Positions 8,989-18,719 of a stretch of 64,000 bases of DNA are shown piece by piece. The DNA is taken from the NCBI GenBank assembly GCA_963764165.1, contig CAVXRD010000002.1:2144001-2208000 (forward strand). The letters are read 5' to 3'. Position numbers and translations under genes: made by a program. The notes under the pieces were generated by a model. The model saw only the letters and a list, made by a program, of their open reading frames with translations, made no database searches and had not been told where the DNA came from. Source of the stretch: an uncultured Verrucomicrobiae bacterium (lineage in GTDB: Bacteria; Verrucomicrobiota; Verrucomicrobiia; Limisphaerales; Palsa-1400). How positions within the stretch are numbered: the first letter of the stretch is position 1; each line of letters starts with the position of its first letter.

Positions 8989-10158
8989 TTAATATGTCAG
9001 CACAGGCATTCGCTTCGGCCCGTTCACGGATTGGGACAACACCTCGGATTTATTCCAATGCAACATTCTCTCCGCGATGTGCGCGGCGGCTCCGGGCACG
9101 TGCCATGTCGTCAGCGCCTGCTGCGTCTCCGCGCGGCTCGGCCCGGGCTCAATCAGCGCGATGATTTCCGCCGCCAAGGTTTCCGCCGTGGCCGTCGATT
9201 GGGCGAGCATCCGCGCCGCGCCGCTTTTGACGAAGGCGAGGGCGTTGAAATGCTGGTGGTTGTCGGCGGCGGTGGGATAAGGAATCAAGACGGCCGGCAA
9301 TTGGCGGGCCGCCATTTCCGCCAACGATGACGCGCCAGCGCGGCTGATGGCCACATCGGACGCCGCGAGGGCCAAACCCATGTCATCGAAAAAGGCATGC
9401 ACGAGCGCCGGGGAATTCTGGGCGGCATATGCCTGGCGGACGCGTTCAACATCCCGTTCGCCTGTCAAATGCATGAACTGCAAGCCAGGAATGATTTTGC
9501 GCAAAGACGCGGCGGCAGCGACAGCGAGTTCGTTGACCTTCGTGGCTCCCTGGCTTCCGCCCATCACAAGCAGCAGCGGAGCGTCTGGATTCAACCCCAG
9601 CCCCGCGCGGGCCTCGCTGGCGGCCATTGGCTGCAAAAAGCGGGGCCGCACCGGCATGCCGGACACTTCGACCCGCCGCGCCCGCAAGCGGTTCCCGGCC
9701 TCGGCAAAATAAACAAACGCCCCATCCACCCAAGGGGCCAGCCAGCGATTGGCCCGGCCGGGAATGCTGTTAGATTCGTGCAGAAATGTTTTCGCGCCGA
9801 AGCCTCTGGCCGCGCAAATCGGCGGCGCGCTGACAAATCCACCCATCGCAAGCACAATGTCAGGGCGCTTGTTCTTAAAGAGCTGGCGGGACAACCGATA
9901 TGACTTGAGAAATCCCGCCGCGAACGAAATCAAACCACCCTTGCTGAATCCAACCGCCGGAATGGTCACAATGCTCATTCCTTTGACGTCTGCCACGGCT
10001 TTTTGGTCGACCTCCTTCGGCGAAATCATCAGCGTCACGTTGCAGCCGCGGGCGAGAAGTTCTTCCGCCACGGCGCGTCCGGGGAAAAGATGTCCGCCCG
10101 TCCCGCCGCAGGCGATCATCACGACGGGCGGTTTGCAATTCTTGTTCACGTCAGGCAT
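8989..10158 (-). CDS. murG: Lipid I GlcNAc transferase MurG
   Basis: GGTGGHLFP, GGSQGA, SRAGASS; start at MPDVNK. Confidence 0.96.
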   Translation of the reverse strand: MPDVNKNCKPPVVMIACGGTGGHLFPGRAVAEELLARGCNVTLMISPKEVDQKAVADVKGMSIVTIPAVGFSKGGLISFAAGFLKSYRLSRQLFKNKRPDIVLAMGGFVSAPPICAARGFGAKTFLHESNSIPGRANRWLAPWVDGAFVYFAEAGNRLRARRVEVSGMPVRPRFLQPMAASEARAGLGLNPDAPLLLVMGGSQGATKVNELAVAAAASLRKIIPGLQFMHLTGERDVERVRQAYAAQNSPALVHAFFDDMGLALAASDVAISRAGASSLAEMAARQLPAVLIPYPTAADNHQHFNALAFVKSGAARMLAQSTATAETLAAEIIALIEPGPSRAETQQALTTWHVPGAAAHIAERMLHWNKSEVLSQSVNGPKRMPVLTY

Positions 10159-11368
10159 GTGATGGTCCCAGGTTGGCTTCGAATGGGTTGGAGGATTTCT
10201 GCGGAACTGTTTCCGGCTCCCGGGCATAGCGCGAGATGGAAACAAGCATCCCGACGGAAACAAGCATCAAAACCAAATTCGACCCGCCGAAACTGATAAA
10301 GGGCAGCGGCAATCCTTTGTTGGGCAATATTCCCGTAACCACTCCGATGTTGATGAAAGTTTGAAAGCCGATCATGAACGTGAGGCCGGTGGCAATCAGC
10401 ATCCCGAAGGTATCGCTCGCGCGCAGGGCGATGAGCAGACCGCAAATGATAATCACCGCAAACAAGGCCACTACGATTAACGTGGCAATTAATCCAAGCT
10501 CCTCGCCGATGATGGAAAAAATAAAATCCGTATGGTGCTCGGGCACGAAGCCCAATTTTTGGCGGCCATTCCCCAAGCCCAATCCCCATGGCCCTCCGGA
10601 TCCCAACGCAATCATCGCCTCACGAACCTGATAACCCGCGCCATCTTTGTTTTGCTCTGGATGCAGCCAGGCCATGATGCGGCCCATGCGCATGTGATCG
10701 TGAAAAAGCGAATAGCCGAGAGCCACCGCCGCCAGGGCAGCCGGCGCTGCCAGGAAAGAGATTCTCACGCCGGCCACCACGAGCATCACACAACACACAG
10801 CGGCGAGCAAAATGGTGCAGCCGCGATCCGGTTCCCGGAAGATCAATCCCAGAATCACCGCGATGAAAAGGCAGGGGATGACCAATCCCTTCCAGAATTG
10901 CCCCATGAAGCGCTGGTAGTGATCGGCGTAAGCGGCGAGGAAAATGATCAGCGCCAATTTGGCCAGCTCAGAAGGCTGGAAAAAGACGGCTCCGTGGCCA
11001 ATCCAGCGGCGGGCGCCGCCGGCTCCGTGCCCTATTCCCGGTGCAAAGACCAGCGCGAGCAGAATCGCCGCCACCGCCAGAAGATAGGGCGAAAGCTTTT
11101 TGAGACGCCGGTAATCCCAACACGCGGCGACGAACGCGCAAACGAGACCGACGAGGAACAGCTTGAATTGAGACTTGAGGTAGCGGGTTCCGACCGAGGG
11201 CCGGTCCGCTTCCGGCTTGTGGGCCGCGTTGTTGACAGCGGCGGCAGTTTGTCCTTGGGCCTTCGGTTTCTTTTGGTCGTCATTCATGCTCGAGCTGTAA
11301 AGCATGACCATGCCGAGTCCGATCAAAACCGCCGCGCAGAAAATCAGAATGGAGGCGGCCCATTTCAT
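10151..11368 (-). CDS. ftsW: SEDS peptidoglycan polymerase FtsW
   Basis: GARRWI, FQPSELAK, PEHHTDFIF, LPFISFGGS. Confidence 0.95.
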   Translation of the reverse strand: MKWAASILIFCAAVLIGLGMVMLYSSSMNDDQKKPKAQGQTAAAVNNAAHKPEADRPSVGTRYLKSQFKLFLVGLVCAFVAACWDYRRLKKLSPYLLAVAAILLALVFAPGIGHGAGGARRWIGHGAVFFQPSELAKLALIIFLAAYADHYQRFMGQFWKGLVIPCLFIAVILGLIFREPDRGCTILLAAVCCVMLVVAGVRISFLAAPAALAAVALGYSLFHDHMRMGRIMAWLHPEQNKDGAGYQVREAMIALGSGGPWGLGLGNGRQKLGFVPEHHTDFIFSIIGEELGLIATLIVVALFAVIIICGLLIALRASDTFGMLIATGLTFMIGFQTFINIGVVTGILPNKGLPLPFISFGGSNLVLMLVSVGMLVSISRYAREPETVPQKSSNPFEANLGPSHA

Positions 11369-11377
11369 GGTGGCTTG

Positions 11378-11415
11378 AAAAACAGGACGCCAGGCAGAGG
11401 GTTTGCCTGGCGTCC
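11378..11415 (-). terminator. Probable intrinsic terminator after the LysM gene
   Basis: 12-bp stem GGACGCCAGGCA/TGCCTGGCGTCC, followed on the minus strand by TGTTTTT. Confidence 0.6.
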
Positions 11416-11431
11416 CGCGAGTGCTGGCGTG

Positions 11432-12295
11432 TTAATTCTTCGCGATCGGGGCCGCAGGCGTCGCCGCCGATGAAACCTTCATCGCCGGCGTGGTGTTTGT
11501 CGGCGCCGCGGGCTCCGTGGTCGAGGTTTTCGCCGCTGGCAGTTTCAACTTCTGGCCAGCGTGGATCGACGTGGTCTTCAATTCGTTCATGGCCATGATC
11601 TTCTTGTAGGAAGTGGCGTGCAGCTTCGCGATCTTCGAGAGCGTGTCCCCGGCTTTCACCACATAGACATCGCCTTCACCGGCAGGTGACATCTCTGCCG
11701 TTTTCATTGCGCCAGCGGTCGAGGCGACGGCAGAGCCAGCGCCAGGGATCTGCACTTTCTGTCCGACATGCAGTTTCTTGGGGTTGACGCCGGGATTGGC
11801 TTCCTCCAATGCCTTCAGCGAAACGCCGTTTTTGTGGGCAATGACGGCCAGCGTGTCGCCTTTGGCGATCACATAATCCTTGCCGCCTTCAACAGGCGCA
11901 ACGACGGGAGTGGTGTCCTTCGGGGCGGGCGGGGGAACCAAGGCCGGCTGGGTCACGATGGTGGACACCGTGGACGTCGTGGGCATCGGTCCGGGTGGCA
12001 AGAGCTGGGTGATGCTCTGCTGCTGGTTGCTCAACGAGGCGCCCGTGACGAGGGGGTTCATGTCGTTGGTCAGCGGCGAGGTCGGCGACGAATTGCTGTT
12101 GCTCAAATCAGCGCCCACAACATTCGGACCACCCTCCGGCTTCGGAGTATTGGACGTATCCTTGCAGCCTTGGAGCAGCATGCCGCCGATGATGACGACA
12201 TGGAGCGACAGGACCATGAGAATTTTGAAGTAGAGACTGTTTTTCGGGCGAGGCGGGATGGCGCCTTGCGGGACGAGCGGGCTGGTATTATTCAT
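11432..12295 (-). CDS. LysM x2 peptidoglycan-binding membrane/lipoprotein
   Basis: Hydrophobic segment ending LLQGC; two LysM repeats (YVIAKGDTLAVIA, YVVKAGDTLSKIA). Confidence 0.92.
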   Translation of the reverse strand: MNNTSPLVPQGAIPPRPKNSLYFKILMVLSLHVVIIGGMLLQGCKDTSNTPKPEGGPNVVGADLSNSNSSPTSPLTNDMNPLVTGASLSNQQQSITQLLPPGPMPTTSTVSTIVTQPALVPPPAPKDTTPVVAPVEGGKDYVIAKGDTLAVIAHKNGVSLKALEEANPGVNPKKLHVGQKVQIPGAGSAVASTAGAMKTAEMSPAGEGDVYVVKAGDTLSKIAKLHATSYKKIMAMNELKTTSIHAGQKLKLPAAKTSTTEPAAPTNTTPAMKVSSAATPAAPIAKN

Positions 12296-12640
12296 ATTGA
12301 CTCAATGCTTTCTTATTTTTTTTGAGGATTGTTTTGTGTTCGGATTTGCGCCGGGGTTCTCCCTCAAAGAACCACGAAGCAAAGTGTCGGAAATTGAAGA
12401 TTGTTGAAAAAAGGCTCATTTTTCACCCAATATTCTCTAATCCATTCATTTTAATTAGCTTATCAAAAATCAGCATCTTGTGGTTTTGCGAACTCCAACC
12501 ACAACGGATTGGGTTGCAAAACCCTGTAAAAAATCGGAGCAAGAAAACACCCGCCTGACAGTCTGTCGGTGTGAACCAACGCTCGAACAAGCTGGTGAAC
12601 TCAGAACTCCGCCGCGGTCTTTTGACCGCCTTGAGTTTTG

Positions 12641-12669
12641 TGTATAGCAAAACAGCAAGTTTTTTGCAA
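12641..12669 (-). promoter_or_regulatory. Sigma70-like promoter upstream of the LysM gene
   Basis: Minus strand TTGCAA-N17-TATACA. Confidence 0.55.
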
Positions 12670-12724
12670 GTGGTAAAGTGCCCTTGCGCGCGAATATTTT
12701 CGAAATTTTTATGACCCAAAAGGT

Positions 12725-13879
12725 TCATCTTATTTTCAGCGTGCTAAAGGCCAAAACCGCAAACAAAACGCACAAAATATAAAAGCGGGTCACCACCTGG
12801 GATTCGTGCCAGCCGAGCTTTTCAAAATGGTGGTGGAGCGGGGCCATCCGAAAGGCGCGCCGGCCTTCGCCAAACTTCCAGCGCGTTAGCTTGAACCAGC
12901 TTCGCTGAATGATGACGGAACCCGCCTCGGCCACAAACACACCACCGGCCAGCGCCAGCACCAGTGGCTGGTGAATCAGCACGGCGATCATTCCCAGGAC
13001 GCCGCCGAGCGCCAGCGATCCGGTGTCGCCCATGAAAACCTGGGCCGGATGGCAGTTGAACCACATGAACCCGAGGCTCGCCCCGATCATGGCCGAGCAG
13101 AAAACGGTTAGCTCACCGGCTCCGCTGACATGCGGGATTTGCAGGTAGGCCGCCGTCTTGGCGTTTCCTGAGAGGTAAGTGAGCACGAGAAAGACAAACG
13201 AAACGATCGCCGTGCAGCCGATGGCCAGGCCATCCAAGCCGTCGGTGAGATTGACCGCGTTGGAGCTGCCGACAATCGTGCAAGCTGTCAATAACAGGCC
13301 GACGACCACACCCGCCGTCCCGGTGAGGACAGGATACTTGTAAAAGGGCACCATGATCTGGCTTACCAGCAAGCTGGTGCTAGGCAGCCGCCAGAGGTAA
13401 AAGGCCACGAACACGGCGAGCGCGCCTTGCACCCAGAGCTTGATGAATTCCTCCACGCCGTTGCTGTTTTGCTTCGTGACCTTCGCGTAGTCGTCAATGA
13501 ATCCGAGGCCGCACAGCACGATGACGGTGAGCATGACCAAGCGAATCAGCGTATTCCACTGCGCCCAAAGAACCGTCGTCACATCCAGAACGAGCACGAT
13601 CATCAATCCGCCCATGGTGGGAGTGCCGCGTTTGTCGGTGGCGCGCACTTCCAATTTTCCCAACTCCTTCGCGCGATCCTCGTATTCCTGGCCGTAGCGC
13701 GAGCGGCGCAGCCACGGAATCATGCGCGGCCCCAGCCACCAGCTCAGCATCAGCGCCGTCACCGCCGCACCCGCCGTCCGGAACGTGATGTATCCGAACA
13801 GCCTGAGAAATGACAGCGGCCCCGCCCACGAAGTATTCTTCGCGTGCAGGAGCGCAATCTGGCTGAGGTAATAAAGCAT
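12725..13879 (-). CDS. mraY: Phospho-N-acetylmuramoyl-pentapeptide transferase
   Basis: GTPTMGG, GFIDDY, NAVNLTDGLDGL, FMGDTGS, MAPLHHHFE. Confidence 0.97.
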   Translation of the reverse strand: MLYYLSQIALLHAKNTSWAGPLSFLRLFGYITFRTAGAAVTALMLSWWLGPRMIPWLRRSRYGQEYEDRAKELGKLEVRATDKRGTPTMGGLMIVLVLDVTTVLWAQWNTLIRLVMLTVIVLCGLGFIDDYAKVTKQNSNGVEEFIKLWVQGALAVFVAFYLWRLPSTSLLVSQIMVPFYKYPVLTGTAGVVVGLLLTACTIVGSSNAVNLTDGLDGLAIGCTAIVSFVFLVLTYLSGNAKTAAYLQIPHVSGAGELTVFCSAMIGASLGFMWFNCHPAQVFMGDTGSLALGGVLGMIAVLIHQPLVLALAGGVFVAEAGSVIIQRSWFKLTRWKFGEGRRAFRMAPLHHHFEKLGWHESQVVTRFYILCVLFAVLAFSTLKIR

Positions 13880-13880
13880 G

Positions 13881-15296
13881 TCAGGCAGCCTGATGGGTGG
13901 CGAAACCGCAGCCGCAGGCGCACGCCCGCAATGCGTCAGCGATGCGTTCCAAACGCATCGAGCGCGAGGCTTTCACGAGGACGACGTCGCCGGGGCGGGC
14001 AAATTCTTTGACAGCCTTGGCGGCGTCTTCGACTTCGCCGATTTCCACCACGCTGTTGAAACCGCGGGCGCGGGCGGCGGCGGCGATTTCGCAGCCGTGC
14101 GGCCCCACAGCGAACAATTGATCAAGCCGCGACGAAGCAGCGCGGCGGCCTATTTCAAAATGCGCGGCGCGCGAGCAATCGCCCAATTCGGCCATGTCGC
14201 CCAGCACGGCGACGCGGCGGCCGGTGCAGGGAAATTCGCGCAGTGTCTGCAAGGCGGCCAGCATCGAATCGGCGTTGGCGTTGTAAGAATCGTCGAGCAC
14301 ATGGATGCCGCCGGGATTGGACATTTGCAGGCGCATCTTGGAGGGCGCGCAAACCATCAGGCCACGCCGAATCTCGTCGCCGTTCAATCCCATTTCCGCG
14401 CCCACCGCGAAGGCGAGCAGCGCGTTGGTCACTTGATGGCGACCCAAAAGCTGGATGCGATATTCGCCGGACAATCCCGGGTAGCGGCAATCAATGTCGA
14501 ACGTCGTCCCGGAATCGTCCACGCGGACGTTGGAGGCGACACAATCGTTGCTGCGCTCCAGGCCAACTTGCACCACGCGGGCGCGGGTGCGGCGGGCGAG
14601 GATTTCGCTCCACGGGTTATCGCCGTTCAAAAACAGCACGCCATCGGAAGGCAGGCATTCGGCCATCGCGCCTTCTTCGCGCACCACGCCGACGAGGTCG
14701 TGGAAAAATTCGAGGTGCTCGCGCCCAATATTAGTAATGACGCCGAAACGCGGCTGCATCATTTTCAGCAGCGGAGCCAATTCGCCAGGATGATTGGTGC
14801 CGGCTTCAAGGACAGCGGCGCGGTGCATCGCCTCCATGCGCACCAGTGTCAACGGAACGCCGATGTCGTTGTTGAAACTCGCTTCGCTCCACAACGTCGC
14901 CATGCGCTGTCGCAGGATGGAGGCGGTCAATTCCTTGGTGGTGGTTTTGCCGTTGGAGCCGCCGACGGCGATCACCGGAAGATCAAATCCACTGCGATAG
15001 GCGGCAGCCAGGCGGCCGAGCGCGCGGCGCGTGTTCTGCACCGCGATGACCGGGCAATCGTCGAAGCCGACAGGGATTTTGGCGCGATCGGCGACTACGG
15101 CGGCCGCTCCGCGTTGCGCGACGTCCGACAAAAACGCGTGGCCGTCAAAACGCTCCCCGGCCAGGGCGATGAACAAGTCTCCCTGCTCGACTTGACCGGA
15201 GTTGGTGCAGAGACGTGAAATGGCGCGCGTGGGCGAACCGTTGAGCAGTTCCCCGTCCATGACTTGCGCGATAAACTCGAGTGTGCGTGGTTCCAT
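13881..15296 (-). CDS. murF: UDP-MurNAc-tripeptide--D-Ala-D-Ala ligase
   Basis: GSNGKTTTKE, FNNDIGVP, DDSYNAN, LGDMAELG, VKASR. Confidence 0.95.
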   Translation of the reverse strand: MEPRTLEFIAQVMDGELLNGSPTRAISRLCTNSGQVEQGDLFIALAGERFDGHAFLSDVAQRGAAAVVADRAKIPVGFDDCPVIAVQNTRRALGRLAAAYRSGFDLPVIAVGGSNGKTTTKELTASILRQRMATLWSEASFNNDIGVPLTLVRMEAMHRAAVLEAGTNHPGELAPLLKMMQPRFGVITNIGREHLEFFHDLVGVVREEGAMAECLPSDGVLFLNGDNPWSEILARRTRARVVQVGLERSNDCVASNVRVDDSGTTFDIDCRYPGLSGEYRIQLLGRHQVTNALLAFAVGAEMGLNGDEIRRGLMVCAPSKMRLQMSNPGGIHVLDDSYNANADSMLAALQTLREFPCTGRRVAVLGDMAELGDCSRAAHFEIGRRAASSRLDQLFAVGPHGCEIAAAARARGFNSVVEIGEVEDAAKAVKEFARPGDVVLVKASRSMRLERIADALRACACGCGFATHQAA

Positions 15297-15304
15297 AATA
15301 TCTT

Positions 15305-17152
15305 TCAGTGATGCAGTGTTCCCGTCGCAACCGAGAGAATCTGGCCGGGCTGGGCCGATTGTGTCGGTGCGATGTCAGGTTTCAAATTCAGGTAATCCGC
15401 GGCGCGTTCGGCGATGGCGTGAAAAACGGGCCCGGCGGTTTTGCCGCCGTAATGCCCGTCTTTCGCATTGTCCATGACGACCGAGATGCAGATTTCCGGA
15501 TTGTCGGCGGGGAAAAATCCGATGAAGGACGAATAGAATCGTTGGATGTAATGGCCGTGATCGACTTCCTGGGCGGTGCCGGTTTTGCCGGCCACGGTAT
15601 AATGCTCCAAACGGGCGGCCACCGCCGTACCGTCCGCCGTCGGAACCGTCTTGAGCGCCGTCACCATGTCGCGGATGGCGGAGGAACTGGCCACGCGGCG
15701 GATCGGTTGCGGCTTGTAATTCATCACCACTTTGCCGCCCGGCTCCTGCAGCGAACTGACAATCATCGGGCGCATCAGCACGCCGTCGTTGGCGATGGCG
15801 GACATCGCCATCACCGTTTGCAGCGCCGTCACCGCCACGCCCTGGCCCATCGGGATTTGCGCGATGGAAACCTTGGTCCATTTGTTCACCGGATGGACGA
15901 TGCCGCTGACTTCCGCCGGGAGATCGATGCCGGTGCGCTCGCCGAATCCGAAGTTGTGGATGTAACGCCAGAGCGTGTCATTCCCGAGCCGCATCCCAAT
16001 CTTGGCCGCGCCAATGTTCGACGACTTGGTGATGATGTTTTCGACCGAGAGCATGCCGAAGGGCTCGTGATCATGCAGCCGGCGGCCGGCGTAGAGGAAG
16101 ACGCCGTTCTCGCAATTGAACATTTCGCTGAGGGTGGTGAGGTGCTCATTCAATCCAGCGGTCACCGCCACGATCTTGAAAGTCGAGCCCGGTTCGGCCA
16201 CATCCGAAATAATGCGATTGCGCAGGGCGTCCGGCGGGAAGGCGCCGGGATGATTCAAATCGTAATTGGGAATGTTGGCCATCGCCAGAATTTCGCCGGT
16301 GCGGGGGCGAACCATCGTGCAGGAGATGCTATCGGGAGAGTGCTTCGTCATGGCCTCGGCAAGTTCGCTTTCGACGATGCTCTGCAATTCCTGGTCGATG
16401 GTGAGCACCACATTGTAGCCGTCACGCGCGGCGACATCTTCATCGCGAAACGCCACCAATTCGCGCTGGCGCTTGTCTTGCTCCGTCTTGCGCCAGCCAG
16501 CCACGCCCTCCAGCGCCTTGTTATAGGAGTGCTCGATGCCGCTCATTCCAACTTCGTTGGTTTCTGTGGCGGTGAAACCGACAACATGGCAGGCAAGCCG
16601 CTGGTAGGGATAGGTGCGAATCTGATCCTCCTCCGGGAAAATGGCTTTGCGGCGCAGATTGGCGCAGAACAATTGGTCAGACGATTTCAGTTTGGATTCG
16701 TCCACGCCGAAACTCAGCCCGGACATGGCGTCGTGAATTTTCTCCCAGGTGTCCAGCGGCACTTTGCGCTTGAGGACAACGTATTGGACGAGATTGGTTT
16801 TTCCCTTTTCGATTCGATAGCGCGGGCGCAGGCGCTCGGCGAGATACGCCTCATTCGTCTGCAAGAGCGGAGCGAGAACCTGGGCGACGCGGACGTACTG
16901 GTTGCTGATGAGTGTAGGGTCCGCGCAAACCGTTTTCGCGGGTTGGCTCTGGGCCAGCGGCGTGCCGTGGCAATCGAGAATCTGGCCGCGCATCGGCGGG
17001 CGGCGGATCGTGGTGACCGTATTCGACTGGGCCATCGCCAGATAGGTGTCGTGGCGGATGACCTGGAGATCGACCAGGCGCAACGCAAGGGCCGCCAGCA
17101 ACAGGCCGAGGCCGGCTGTCATCCCGTATAATTTTAGGTGTTGCGTTGACAT
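15305..17152 (-). CDS. ftsI: Class B penicillin-binding protein FtsI/PBP3
   Basis: EPGSTFK (SxxK), SSN, GKTGTAQ; N-terminal TM segment. Confidence 0.95.
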   Translation of the reverse strand: MSTQHLKLYGMTAGLGLLLAALALRLVDLQVIRHDTYLAMAQSNTVTTIRRPPMRGQILDCHGTPLAQSQPAKTVCADPTLISNQYVRVAQVLAPLLQTNEAYLAERLRPRYRIEKGKTNLVQYVVLKRKVPLDTWEKIHDAMSGLSFGVDESKLKSSDQLFCANLRRKAIFPEEDQIRTYPYQRLACHVVGFTATETNEVGMSGIEHSYNKALEGVAGWRKTEQDKRQRELVAFRDEDVAARDGYNVVLTIDQELQSIVESELAEAMTKHSPDSISCTMVRPRTGEILAMANIPNYDLNHPGAFPPDALRNRIISDVAEPGSTFKIVAVTAGLNEHLTTLSEMFNCENGVFLYAGRRLHDHEPFGMLSVENIITKSSNIGAAKIGMRLGNDTLWRYIHNFGFGERTGIDLPAEVSGIVHPVNKWTKVSIAQIPMGQGVAVTALQTVMAMSAIANDGVLMRPMIVSSLQEPGGKVVMNYKPQPIRRVASSSAIRDMVTALKTVPTADGTAVAARLEHYTVAGKTGTAQEVDHGHYIQRFYSSFIGFFPADNPEICISVVMDNAKDGHYGGKTAGPVFHAIAERAADYLNLKPDIAPTQSAQPGQILSVATGTLHH

Positions 17153-17223
17153 TAAATCCAAACCTCAGCCAGCCGCCCGCGCCGTTCGGTTCCTCCTTCC
17201 GAACAACGCGAGCAGCGGCCAAG

Positions 17224-17613
17224 TTAATTCTTGCGCGCGGCCATCGCCACCGTCACCGGCTGTGTGTCCGGCCTCGGGGCCTGCTGGACTGGCTGCTCGT
17301 ATTCAGGCGCATCCACAATGCGGATGACCTGCGATAGGGCGGGGGGGCCAAGGCCCAGGTTCAGCTTTTTGACTCGCGCTTCCAAAGAAATGGGAGAACA
17401 AAGGGTGGCCAGTTGGTCGCGGCGCATTTTGTTCTGCCGAACGAGTTCGATGAGGCGCGATTCGCGATCCTTGATTTGAGCGCCGAGGTGATCGATCTGG
17501 TTTTTGTACCAAACGAAACCCACGCCAAGCGCGGCGAACAGCCCGCAAAGCACCAGCACCGTTAATACGGGCGCCACTTTCAGCTCTGCATCGTTCTTCT
17601 TATTGCGTGCCAT
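17224..17613 (-). CDS. ftsL: FtsL-like septal protein
   Basis: TM segment plus coiled coil, located between rsmH and ftsI; start at MARNKK. Confidence 0.7.
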   Translation of the reverse strand: MARNKKNDAELKVAPVLTVLVLCGLFAALGVGFVWYKNQIDHLGAQIKDRESRLIELVRQNKMRRDQLATLCSPISLEARVKKLNLGLGPPALSQVIRIVDAPEYEQPVQQAPRPDTQPVTVAMAARKN

Positions 17614-17670
17614 GCTCTCTATCCGTTCATCGCTATTCTCAATTCGCCAACTGCCTGCTTTTTGCCGCCC

Positions 17671-17728
17671 GGCTCGGCAGGAGCCTCGCCCTACCAAGCG
17701 CTCGGTAGGGCGAGGCTCCTGCCGAGCC
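17671..17728. repeat. REP family B inverted pair (GGTAGGGCGAGGCTCCTGCCGAGCC)
   Basis: Perfect 25-bp inverted repeat with 8-nt spacer; degenerate relatives near 40400-40520, 43259-43558 and 63558-63748. Confidence 0.85.
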
Positions 17729-17780
17729 GCGCAAACCGAAAGTTCACAAAATCAAATTGGCGCTCTCATCGCCGCTCTCG

Positions 17781-18716
17781 CTAAAATTTTAATTTCTCCA
17801 TCACTCTCAATTGCGCGCTCCGGCTGCGCGGGTTTTCGCTCAACTCCGCTTCGTCCGGCATGATCGCTTTTCTTGACACCCACCGCACTTGCGGCGGGCG
17901 CGGCACGCGCAACTCCGGGACATCCACCGGCCCGGGCGATTCGTAGTCCCGAGACAGCCGGTTGCCGAATTCCTTCACCATCCGGTCCTCCACCGAATGA
18001 AAAGTTAACAGGGCAAACCGGCCGCCGGGCCTTAAAATCTTCATTGCCGCCACCAAACCGCGTTCCAAAGAACCGAGCTCGTCATTGACTGCCATGCGCA
18101 AGGCCTGGAAGACTTTGGTTGCCGGGTGCGATTTTCGCCCCGCCCTAGGCGAAATTTTCTCAATCAACTCCGCCAATGCGCGCGTTCTGCTCCAAGGCCG
18201 CGTTTCCCGCTCGCGCACAATCGCCTTCGCCATCCGCCGTGACTGCTCTTCGTTGCCGTAGCGCCAAAAAATCTCCGCCAGTTCCTCAGCGCCCGCCTCG
18301 TTGAGGAGCTTGGCCGCGGTCCATTCCTGCCGCTGGTCCTGCCGCATATCGAGCGGCCCGTCTTCCTGAAAACTGAATCCGCGCTCGGGCTGATCCAGTT
18401 GCGCGCTGCTTACGCCGAGATCCAAAAGCAGCCCGTCACAACTTTCCGGTTCGACCCATCCCGCCAGTTCCGCAAAATTCCCGCGCCGGATCTCAAAGCG
18501 TCCCGCGAACTCGCAGAGACGCGCTGTGGCCGCTTCCACTGCCGCTCCATCCCGGTCGCACGCCACCAACCGCCCGGTCGGCGCGCTCGCCTGCAAGACT
18601 GCGAAAGCGTGTCCCCCACCCCCAACAGTGCCGTCGGCGTAAAGGCCGCCCGGCTTGGGCTGCAGCGCTTCCAGAACCTGGCGCTCCATCACTGGCCGAT
18701 GAAAAAACGGTTTCAC
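17781..18716 (-). CDS. rsmH: 16S rRNA m4C1402 methyltransferase
   Basis: DGTVGGGGH, DLGVSS, RGFSF..DGPLDMR, FHSVEDR, NPRSRSA. Confidence 0.97.
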   Translation of the reverse strand: MKPFFHRPVMERQVLEALQPKPGGLYADGTVGGGGHAFAVLQASAPTGRLVACDRDGAAVEAATARLCEFAGRFEIRRGNFAELAGWVEPESCDGLLLDLGVSSAQLDQPERGFSFQEDGPLDMRQDQRQEWTAAKLLNEAGAEELAEIFWRYGNEEQSRRMAKAIVRERETRPWSRTRALAELIEKISPRAGRKSHPATKVFQALRMAVNDELGSLERGLVAAMKILRPGGRFALLTFHSVEDRMVKEFGNRLSRDYESPGPVDVPELRVPRPPQVRWVSRKAIMPDEAELSENPRSRSAQLRVMEKLKF

Positions 18717-18719
18717 TTT

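Noticed and set aside
3759..17131. Long plus-strand ORFs opposite dcw genes (e.g. 4821-6230, 13878-15218, 15308-17131)
   Set aside because: Antisense shadow frames expected in high-GC coding DNA; no recognisable motifs.
17614..17697. N-terminal extension of the ftsL ORF (MVGRGSCRAG...)
   Set aside because: It is translation of the REP B hairpin; MARNKK at 17613 is the better start.
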